Source: Octopus bimaculoides (lineage: Eukaryota). From it: a stretch of 64,000 nucleotides of DNA. The position numbers and the translations under genes are program-made. Below are positions 13,774 to 23,708 of the stretch, piece by piece. The notes under the pieces are model-generated. The model was given only the letters and a program-made list of their open reading frames with translations, searched no databases and was not told where the DNA came from. The DNA is taken from the NCBI RefSeq assembly GCF_001194135.2, contig NC_068983.1, forward strand, positions 9,655,362 through 9,719,361, read 5' to 3'. The first letter of the stretch is position 1; every line of letters begins with the position of its first letter.

Positions 13774-14098
13774 GATATGCAGGACACTGACTGGGAGAAC
13801 AATGCCTGTCATCGCCACAGATGAAGGAAGCAGGTTAAGGAGGGGATCAACACTTTTGAGAGAGCACGTATCCAGCATGAAGAACTTAAGCGAGCTGCGC
13901 GAAAGCGCTCGCCTCGAATAGTGAATGGGGAAAGCTTGGTCTGCAATGTTTGCAGTCGTGTCTGCTTGTCAAGAGCAGGGCTCACTATCCACCAGCGGAG
14001 CCGTAAATGCAAAATGTAAGTTAGTCCTAGAGCGAAGAATGTTCCTGAAGGTCAGCAATGGTCTTCCTCGGTCACGAGTGGACGGCCGTCATCATCAT
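13774..14098 (+). mobile_element. RTE (BovB-like) LINE 3' end
   Basis: WENNACHRHR*RKQVKEGINTFE...LVCNVCSRVCLSRAGLTIHQRSRKC (C-terminal zinc finger); short 3'UTR ending in (CAT)n. Confidence 0.8.
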
Positions 14099-14354
14099 AT
14101 ATATATATACATAGCTGACGTGCCCGGTAATTACTGGGAAAGATGGGCTTATCCCTTGGTTCCGTTCTCATAATTGATTCGCTAATCCAATAACAATACA
14201 AAGTAAGTAGCCCCGAAAAGGCCTTTTGTGCGTTCGCAGAGAATATTACCCGCTAGTGTTCGTATGTTCGTGAATAAGTTACTAACCGAAATAAGTGGAT
14301 CTATTGTTTAGGGAGAAACTATTTTCTTGTTTAATGGGTGTACTGGATAAATTG

Positions 14355-14693
14355 CAGGACTTATTCTGTGCAAGACTAGTACTTATTCTATCGGTATCTT
14401 TTGCCGAACCGCTAAGTTACGGGGACGTAAGCACACCAGCACCCGTTGTCAAGCGATATTGGGGGGGGGGGACAAATACAGACACACAAACATATGCACA
14501 CACATATACATATATAAGTACATATATACGACGGGCTTCTTTCAGTTTCCGTCTACCAAATCCACTCACAAGGCTTTGGTCGGCCCAAGGCTATAGTAGA
14601 AGATACTTGCCCAAGGTGCCACGCAGTGGGGCTGAACCCAGAACCATGTGGTTGGTAAGCAAGCTACTTACCACACAGCCACTCCTGCGCCTA
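14355..14693 (-). mobile_element. SINE type A (tRNA head, internal microsatellite)
   Basis: Head GGCGCAGGAGTGGCTGTGTGGTAAG..GGTTCAGCCCCAC with A/B boxes; conserved body; central (TA/TG)n. Confidence 0.9.
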
Positions 14694-14804
14694 TATATTG
14701 CACAAAATACCCTCCTGGGATTTTATTAGTTCTGGTTTGAATGTCATCTATAAAAGTGTCAAAGTCTAACTATACGCATTCATATATCCATGAAGCTATA
14801 TAAT

Positions 14805-14851
<47 letters not shown>

Positions 14852-15000
14852 TTCTCATAAATACAATATACATAATATAAATTATATATAAAATCTCTCT
14901 CTCTCTCTTTCTTTCTTTCTTTCCCTTTCTCGCTTTTTCTCTCTCTCTTCATATGTGTGTGTGTTTGTATGTATGTATATAGAGAGAGAGGGGAGAGAGA

Positions 15001-15058
15001 GAAAGCGAGAGAAGGAGCAAAAGTGAAAGCGAGAGAAGGAGCAAAAGTGAAAGCGACA
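15001..15058. repeat. 24-bp tandem duplication (GAAAGCGAGAGAAGGAGCAAAAGT) x2.3
   Basis: Direct reading. Confidence 0.9.
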
Positions 15059-15193
15059 GACAGACGAAGAAAATACTGCGCAGTTGCTACTCTGTATATT
15101 CACGCAGTCACACATAATACTCACCTCTATTCTCAATTTCGGGTATTCATCCTTCCATTTTGTCACTGTTGCAACCGTCTTTATATTACTCAC

Positions 15194-15285
15194 TTGTATC
15201 TGTAGAGACTCTTCTGTATCTAAAACTCTATTGAATCTCATCTCATCTCTACTCATATATAACTGGTCTATGTCTCTAGTATTCA
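15194..15285 (-). CDS. Putative exon 5 (92 nt); NTRDIDQLYMSRDEMRFNRVLDTEESLQIQ
   Basis: Acceptor ttctataaatattag; donor CAA|gtgagt; open, protein-like frame; phase 1 to 0. Confidence 0.6.
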
Positions 15286-16304
15286 CTAATATTTATAGAA
15301 TTCACCAATATCTATGTTATCCACCACTTTCTATAGTAAGTCTGCAACATCAATGTTTACTATGCTGACATAAAACCAGTTACTTTTCAAGAAGTTTGGT
15401 GCTGTGAACATATGTAACGTACATACATGTGAATTAATTGAAACGGAAGAGGAGGTTCCTATCAAAAACATTTGCTTTATCAAGTTCTAAGATTCTTTAA
15501 TATTCAATATAGACTATAACAAAGACGAACACCGTCAAATAAGATGTAAGCCCTTCTCGATCGAATTCTGTAAAGCATTTTCGATTTTTGTCTTTAATAC
15601 TTTTGCAAATGTCATAAATCATAATCCTTTTCTTAAAATATGACGTGCTTCCTTAAGAATGTTACAAACGTAATAATCCCACCCAAAACATCTTCGTTAT
15701 AGTGTAAGAATTTAATACGGAATAAAAGAATTTTGAAAAGTGCCTTGTAGAAGTCAACTTAGCTTTATTGATAGAATAAATACGGCATTAAACCCTATGC
15801 ACAGGTTATTATTTTCCAAATAATCCGTTTAGTATTTCGTTTATTAATCTTAAATATATTTTAGAAGTGCAATGATAGCGTTATAATTCGAACTCATGTA
15901 GAGTTTGAACGCAATATTTCAAACAGAAAACGGAAAAGAATAGAAATTTATTTGAAATGAACATCAATACAGATTTCTTACGGCATTGGTATTTGATTAA
16001 ATGTTTGTAGTTGGATTACATTGGATTGAATCGACTTCAGTATATGATTGGAGCTTATTTCGTAGATTCTGGCGGGATGAAAATAAAGTCATTCTGGTTG
16101 GGATTAGAACTCACAACGTTTCTGTTAATCCACCATCTTAGTAATGTAAAAGAAATAATGGTCTGTGAAAGTGTGCATGCGTGCATGCATGTCTTGGTGT
16201 TTATCTCCAAACTTGCATTAATATAATTCTGATGGGAATGATTGGGACAGTTGCCAAGTTTTCTCACAAGTACTTAATTTATAATGCTTTAATTAGACGT
16301 TTAC

Positions 16305-16342
16305 GTGATAAACACAATTTTGTTTCACTATAGATATGGATT
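16305..16342 (-). CDS. Putative micro-exon 4 (38 nt); IHIYSETKLCLS(L)
   Basis: Acceptor gcatttcccttccttcag; donor CAC|gtaaac; phase 2 to 1, exactly the phase needed between exons 3 and 5. Confidence 0.55.
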
Positions 16343-17214
16343 CTGAAGGAAGGGAAATGCATTTCCAATTAATATTATTATCTTATCCTATTTAATTACT
16401 TAATATGAAGATATGTACTAATTGTACAGCTTCTAACAAATCAGTAACCAGGATGCATTCTGTTGTTAACAACAGGCTTCATCATAACAATATAGATGCA
16501 AATGAAATAATCATTATTAAAAAATATCGGAAACACTAAAGGCAAAATAGTAATAAAGATAAAATAATTGATTGGGTCAACCCATTGGTAACTGCGTTAT
16601 GTGTCTCGAAATCAAATCAACATTACGGATTATTTCACAGTTGATATGAGTGTGATATTTTTGTGTGAAGATCTTTAGTCATCTTTTCTGAGGAGGAAAA
16701 TAAGTGCTGGATCGTTTCAGAATGATAATTACGAAGAAGATAAATCTTCTATCTTTAGAATGTTTAACACTACGTAAATATGAGTTTGATGAATCCCTGG
16801 AGGTGAAAGACACAGTGGTGTGAATGCTTAATCCGGTTACCGAATTAGTAGAGAGCTGAAATAGCTATATTATTTTAATTAGTTCCGTTCCTCTCCAGTT
16901 ATCGCAGACTTAGTTTTGTATTTCAAAACACTGCTGTTGACAGAATAAGCACCACTGATATGTTGTTAAATACAAGTTAAATTCAAGGAACATTATTTTC
17001 TATATATGTACTCACTTTTCAGGATTAAAACAAAATACTAGATCTTGAAGTAAGAAATCGATTAATCCGCCTAGTGTCCCTTATCCCTAATTATTCTTGG
17101 AGTACATTTAACGTCTTGTTTCAATAGCTCGGCCTCTTTCCATTAAATTCTTTTTCTTTCATTCCCTATTCTTTGAAATAAACGGAATATTGTCTTTGGT
17201 GTGGAAAATACTTC

Positions 17215-17355
17215 CTGCAGTCGCCATAAATATATATTTTTACTTTATTCTTTCAGTGCTTGCTGATTGATCTCAGACCAGACCAGATAATCAGACGGTA
17301 AGTGATTTGATAATAAAACATAATAGATTAATGTTATCCATAATAGTGCGCCATC

Positions 17356-17358
<3 letters not shown>
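17215..17358 (+). repeat. Inverted patchwork copy of three downstream segments, including exon 3
   Basis: 17215-17232 = rc(18060-18077); 17232-17332 = rc(17841-17941); 17328-17358 = rc(17459-17489); all identical by eye. Confidence 0.92.
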
Positions 17359-17447
<89 letters not shown>

Positions 17448-17875
17448 TCATGTGTGTCTGTGATGGCGCACTATTATGGATAACATTAAGTGTTTTTCTG
17501 ATGACACATCAGTTCAACCTTTTCTTAGCAGAGTTGTTTCAGTACATGAAACTGTATGTATTGAACAAAATATTCAACAATGACTGGTTAATTGTAAGGA
17601 TGTCCTCAGCCGTAGTGAAACAGGAATCATTAATATCAATAGAGCAAATAAGAACATGTTAGATTTAAAAATTAAAATGAATGTTCTGAAATTCATTCAA
17701 ATTGGTTCCTAATATATATAGACGTCTATTCTGATAATTTTATAAATATTATATTGATTACTTCATTAAAAAAAAAGATAATAAATACCTGAAAGGGAAA
17801 CCTGCCAAATAAAAACTCTATTTCTCCCGCAGTGAACTAGATTAATCTATTATGTTTTATTATCAAATCACTTAC

Positions 17876-17916
17876 CGTCTGATTATCTGGTCTGGTCTGA
17901 GATCAATCAGCAAGCA
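17876..17916 (-). CDS. Putative micro-exon 3 (41 nt); CLLIDLRPDQIIR(R)
   Basis: Textbook acceptor tttttactttattctttcag and donor ACG|gtaagt; only one open frame; phase 0 to 2. Confidence 0.65.
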
Positions 17917-18150
17917 CTGAAAGAATAAAGTAAAAATATATTTAAACTTAGAATGAACAAGCAGACAGGATAATAGCAGGTACTTGTACATGTCTTCACA
18001 CGATCATGAAAATTATTTTCACAATAAATTAATAATTGATTTGCCTTACTAAATCTTCTTATTTATGGCGACTGCAGAATGAGATAAAATTAACAGAATG
18101 AGATAAAAATCCAAGGCTGTGAAAGATTTCAAAACAATTATAAAGTGAAG

Positions 18151-18198
18151 GTCTTACAGCTGTTTCCGGGATATCTTATATATCTCTTCATCGGAGAC
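18151..18198 (-). ncRNA. Minimal type I hammerhead-like motif (mirror copy)
   Basis: Same motif on the minus strand, with one mismatch in stem II. Confidence 0.6.
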
Positions 18199-18403
18199 AG
18201 TGTGAGAAAATGGCTTAGCAATAGTTATTCTATTGGAACTTACACACAAGGTACATGAATCTTATATGTATACCATTCTGCTTAAATAATGCAACTTCAG
18301 ATACAATATCCCTGCATATCACACGTCTGTTTTCATTCTTCCACTTCACTCTCTATTTCATATCTTATCTAGAATAACTATTGCTTAACCATTTTCTCAC
18401 ACC

Positions 18404-18451
18404 GTCTCCGATGAAGGGATATATAAAATATCCCGGAAACAGCTGTAAGAC
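18404..18451 (+). ncRNA. Minimal type I hammerhead-like motif (U4C core variant)
   Basis: GTCT-CCGATGA-A-GGGATAT-ATAAA-ATATCCC-G-GAAAC-AGCT-GTA-AGAC; stems I, II and III all pair; GUA triplet. Confidence 0.65.
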
Positions 18452-18623
18452 CTTCTCTTTATAAATGTTCTGAAATCTTTCACAGCCTTGGATTTTCATC
18501 TCATTCTGTTAATATTTATATATACGCATGCTGATATATGATCGACGTTGGACTCCTCATTCGCATAATCACCGAACCATGGAGCTTAACTATAGTCTGT
18601 CCATAGTACTTACTCAGCATTAC

Positions 18624-18757
<134 letters not shown>

Positions 18758-18924
18758 CACATACATGAATATGAAGAAGTGAAATAGAAGAAGTGAGAAT
18801 TGAGAGTCGGGAAAAAGTGCGATAACAAAAAGACGTCTGTGTACACATGGCTGGCCTTGGGTGGAATGAACTATACATACATACATATACACACACTCAT
18901 AAATACATACATACATACATATTA

Positions 18925-19300
18925 CAAGTTCAAGTTTATTCCTGTAATTTTGAGGCCACCTGGATATCTAAAATACTGCCTAAGTACCAATCTTGAGACA
19001 TTAGGCTTCTCAAAACCAGATAGGAGAAAGCTGATTCGAAGACTACAGATCTAATCCATCAATGGGACTGTAAAAGTCTGTGAAACTTTCTAGAGGTTTA
19101 TCATTTAAGTATATATGAGCATGTCTAGATATGCAACTATATGTATGAAAATACATACATAAAACAAACATAAATTTGCACATATACATTCATACATACA
19201 AAAATACCCTGTTGTTGATGTTGAAATTCCAATGAAGGAGCATTGGATCTAGGTTAGAAACCGGATGTTTCTCTATTGGCAAGAAATCTTGAAATGAAAA
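18925..19300 (+). mobile_element. R4/Dong-like (RLE-type) non-LTR retrotransposon 3' end
   Basis: KFIPVILRPPGYLKYCLSTNLETLGFSKPDRRKLIRRLQI*SINGTVKVCETF resembles the PIIIGALG...LQ..S..GT.KI C-terminus; followed by 3'UTR. Confidence 0.65.
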
Positions 19301-19540
19301 TGTATATACATACATAGATACATATATACATACATATATACACATAGAGAAACACTCACAAAATACACACGTGTATATGTATGTTTGTATGTTTGTGTAC
19401 GTGTGTGCGTGTGTGTGTGTATGATTCTGTCTGTGCGTGTGCTTGTGTGTGTAAAAGAGGAAACTGGGAAAGATAAGACATTCAGGGACAACGTGTCTAT
19501 TTGAAATTATGAATTAGTATAAATGAGTGAGTGAGTAAGA

Positions 19541-19862
19541 GCACTCCGTCGGTTACGACGACGAGCGTCCCAGCTGATACGATCAACGGAACAGCTTTCT
19601 CGTGAAATTAACGTGCAAGTGGCTGAGCACTCCACAGACACGTGTACCCTTAACGTAGTTCTCAGGGAGATTCAGCGTGACACAGAGTGTGACAAGGCTG
19701 GCCCTTTGACATACAGGTACTACTCATTTTTGCCAGCTGAGTGGACTGGAGCAACGTGAAATAAAGTGTCTTGCTCAAGGACACAACGCGTCGCCAGGAA
19801 TTGAACTCATGACCTTACAATCGTGAGTCGAATGCCCTAACCACTAAGCCACGCGCCTTCAC
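19541..19862 (-). mobile_element. SINE type C head with tail Y
   Basis: Same head and core as 1915, then tail ..GGGCCAGCCTTGTCACACT..CGTCGTAACCGACGGAGTGC. Confidence 0.88.
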
Positions 19863-20138
19863 ATTGGTATAAATATATAGATAAGCAGGCTCTATAACTG
19901 GAACTTAAAGAATCATTAGCGCTTATTTGAGAACTTTATCCGATGGGAACGATGGAAAAAAATTGATATACTTCTGTCGAGTCAATTATATGAACTTATT
20001 GGATAATATGGTTCTATATGCTTGATAAAAACAGAATTGTCATGCTTAGAATGCTACTGATCAAAGGATAGATCAATCAGTGCTGATCTGGGACATAAAG
20101 ATCAATAACGACAACGATACATTCAAATCAAAACTCAC

Positions 20139-20174
20139 TATTCTTCTTACATATTTTTCCTTTCTTTCCTTCAA
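20139..20174 (-). CDS. Putative micro-exon 1 (36 nt) of an unidentified minus-strand gene; xEGKKGKICKKN
   Basis: Acceptor ctattttgcattgtttcag and donor AATA|gtgagt; phase 1 to 1; frame-compatible with the next exon. Confidence 0.5.
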
Positions 20175-20312
20175 CTGAAACAATGCAAAATAGCTGAAAA
20201 CACTCAAATTGTATTGTTGATATTATTATTATTATTGTTCAGTAGTTTTATTTTTATAACGTGCTTTCACTTCACTACCGAGCGCAGCTCTGTGTGCCTT
20301 GGATATGTGCTG

Positions 20313-20320
20313 TGGTATTA

Positions 20321-20372
<52 letters not shown>

Positions 20373-20487
20373 CATTATTATCATTGTCATTATTATTATT
20401 GTTGTTGTTGTTGTTGTTGTTCTTCTTCTTCTTCTTCTTCTTCTTCTTCTTCTTCTTCTTCTTCTTCTTCTTCTTCTTCTTCTTCTT
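20313..20487. repeat. Compound microsatellite (ATT)n-(GTT)n-(CTT)n
   Basis: Direct reading. Confidence 0.95.
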
Positions 20488-20489
20488 GT

Positions 20490-20702
20490 AGGCGGCGAGC
20501 TAGTAAAATCATTAGCACGCTGGACGAAATGCTTAGCGGTATTTCGTCTGCCGCTACGTTCTGTGTCCAAATTCCGCCGTGGTCGATTTTGCCTTTCATC
20601 CTTTCGGGGTCTATAAATTAAGTACCAGTGAAATACTAGGGTTGATGCAATCGACTAGTCCCCTCCCCACAAATTTCAGGCCTTGTGCCTTCAGTAGAAA
20701 GG

Positions 20703-20743
<41 letters not shown>

Positions 20744-20937
20744 CATTATTAAGGTGGTGAGATGGCAGACATCGTTAGCGCACTGCACGAAATGCTCAGG
20801 GATATTTCGCCCATCGCTACATTCTGAGTTCAAATTCAGCTGAGGTCGTTTTTACCTTTCATCCTTCCAGGGTCGATAAAATAAGTACCAGTGGTCCCCT
20901 CCCCAAAATTTCATGCTTTGTGCCTATAGTAGAAAGG

Positions 20938-20998
<61 letters not shown>

Positions 20999-21188
20999 GC
21001 CGGGCAAAATACTTCGAGGCATTTCTCCCGTTTCTAAGTTTTGAGTTCAAATTCCGAGCTCGACCTTGCCCTTCATCCTCTCGGGATCGATAAAATGAGC
21101 ATCAGTTGAACACTTCGGAACAATGTAATCGACTTATCCCCTCCCTTGAACTTGCTGGCCTTGTGCCAAAATTTGAAATCATTATTAT
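20490..21188 (+). mobile_element. Three consecutive SINE B (tail 2) copies separated by (ATT)n
   Basis: Copies start at about 20490, 20751 and 20998; the first two end gccttgtgcct..gtagaaaggattattatt. Confidence 0.88.
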
Positions 21189-21193
21189 GATCA

Positions 21194-21736
21194 TCTATAT
21201 CTATAAAAGGCAGGATGTGGGTGTGTGTGTGTGCCTGTGTGTACGTGAATGTACTTTATGCACGTCCACAAATTAGCACGCATGTCGCTCCAATTTTAGG
21301 AGGACATTGGTTACGACCATGGATGTGCTTTTGTGAAATTATTTTTCCCGAGGCACCCCCGGATAGCGGTAAAAATAGCTTTTCAACCATACCTTTTACC
21401 AATATTCACGTCGGTGAAATCCGTAAGTTTGCTAACAGGAGTTAAGTCCCCTGTCTTATAAATTAATTCACTCTACTACGATGCCTCCGAAAAAAAATTA
21501 GATTTGGACTACCTAAGCAATCTCAGCGTAGGAAAATAGAAACAGATGAAGAGACTGACTATCAGCAGATCCATTAGCAAAATATTATAACTTTTGGGGC
21601 CGAAACCTGGCAATAAGATCTTGCAGATATTCCGCTACAAAACATTCAATAATATGGAAGCAGTAACTTTCGTAAATCAGAGTATAATTTTTGAAGACTC
21701 TTTCTGAACCCAGTCAACGACGGGTACTTCTACTAG
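21194..21736 (+). mobile_element. Complete non-autonomous Helitron
   Basis: 5' TC (TCTATATCTATAAAAGG, then GT microsatellite); 3' hairpin ACCC(A)GTC-AAC-GACGGGT followed by CTAG; sits between host A and T with no TSD. Confidence 0.75.
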
Positions 21737-23708
21737 TTATCATTATTATTCAACTTTCTGGAAGAATACAGCTTCTTTTTGTGTTTTACTTTTTGTATTT
21801 TAGACGAACTATACAGCGAGTACACACCTTATGCTTAAATTCGGTATATACAAACACATAGCGACAATATTAGTTTAGATTTGCGTACATCATTCTTTCA
21901 CTTATATTACTTCAACGTCAGAATTATTTTCTTTTTTCCGTATTAAGTACGTCAATGTCTTGTGATTGTTTCTTAGCACTGACAGTTAGAGAACAAATTT
22001 ACGTTCTTTTCTCTTTTTTTGCTTGCTTTTCTATGTCTTTTTACGTCTTTTTTAATTCATATTATTGATCAATGACCTTTGTTTCCATGCTAAAAATGAT
22101 TTTCAATAAAAGAATTATACATCTTCGTTTCTTGAAACCAATTACTATCAACGTAGCGTCTCCTCTCAACCGTTCTCATCTCTTCTCCTCTCTACCGCAA
22201 TTCAAACCTACTCTACTGAATCACGTGTTTAAAACAATCTGTCAGCTACGAAATTGCCAAAAAATAAATAAAAATAACAAAACAAATATTAATATATTAT
22301 AAGAAATATCATTGTTCATTGTCTCTAATCAAACATCAGCACAAGAAACCTTATCAGCTGTATGTTTAGCACGAGAAGTTTAAGAAGAAAAACAAAATAT
22401 AAAAATCATTTTTAAAAAATAAAGAACGATAACCTACAACGTCCTAAAACGTATTATTATATTAAAAGGTGAAAAAAGAAAACGTCACATTAGAATTAGT
22501 ATTTTTGCCAGTATAAATTACTATAATAAGACTATCAGATTTACAGTACAATTTCCAAAGAAGAAAATGTCTGCTGCCGACTAGCAGATGATTCAAACAT
22601 CAAATCATATTATGCAAATTGTTTTCTTTTGTGAGACAAGAATAAAAATTAAATTTCGTGTAGGTTAGAAGATAATTGGAGATGAACATTTCTGAGGAAA
22701 CCGGTTATGCGTATTCTATGTGAGAGAATGTAATCTGATGATGATATTACTTTGTCTGAGAGATGTTTTGCTTACATATTAAGTCATCTATATTAGTCAT
22801 CTTCATTCGATCTGTGTTATATAATACACACATCTTCGCAAACTGATACCTACGTATACATACAGACATATATACAGGCACACACACAAACAGACAGACA
22901 GATATAGATCGATAGATGAATAAATAGATATACACATACATACATACGTACATACATACATACATACATACATACATACATACATACATACATACATACG
23001 TACATACATACATAATACATACATACATATACAGGAAGAGGAAGAGGGCAAAAGAGAGATGGCTGTATGTTTGTTTATTTGATAGCTAATTACTACACAG
23101 TCCATATAACTGACAAATTATACGAAGAAATTGATAGACATCAGAGCAAGTTATCAATCTACTTGATGACGTTCTTACATAACTCAAAATTGGATACAGA
23201 GACATTACACACACACACACACACACACATGTATGGATTGATATATATGTCTATATATGTATATAAGACAATGGGCAGAGTAGGTAGTGTCGGTTAGCTA
23301 GCACTGAGTTAATCGTAAAAGCTCTGTCTTACTTTACTAAGCGATATTTCATTTCATTCCATTTCATTTTTGTTTGCATTTATTTTTTCCTACTCTTTTA
23401 CCATCGGTGAGATTCAATTGAAGAGCAAATTCATATAATTGAAGGTACTTCTCACTGTCACAACACAATGATTATCTGCCGAAAGATAATGTCAGATAAA
23501 CACGAACGTTAAAGTAATGAACAGGTGCAGGCGTGACTGTGTGGTAAGACACTTGCTTCCCAACCACATGGTTCTGCGTTCAGTCCCACTGTATGGCAAC
23601 TTGGGCAAGTGTCTTCTATTATAACCTCGGGCCGACCAAAGCTTTGTGAGTTTTCTAGACGGAAATTGAAAGAAGCCCGTCCTATATATATATATATCTG
23701 TATATATA

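Larger units (their letters stand above)
18089..18513. mobile_element. Penelope-like foldback element: 144-bp inverted arms, 137-bp spacer
   Basis: Arms 18089-18232 and 18370-18513 differ at about 9 positions; each contains a hammerhead-like core. Confidence 0.75.

Noticed and set aside
17257-17297. Perfect plus-strand exon with consensus splice sites
   Set aside because: It is the inverted copy of minus-strand exon 3 inside the patchwork insertion; no plus-strand partner exons were found
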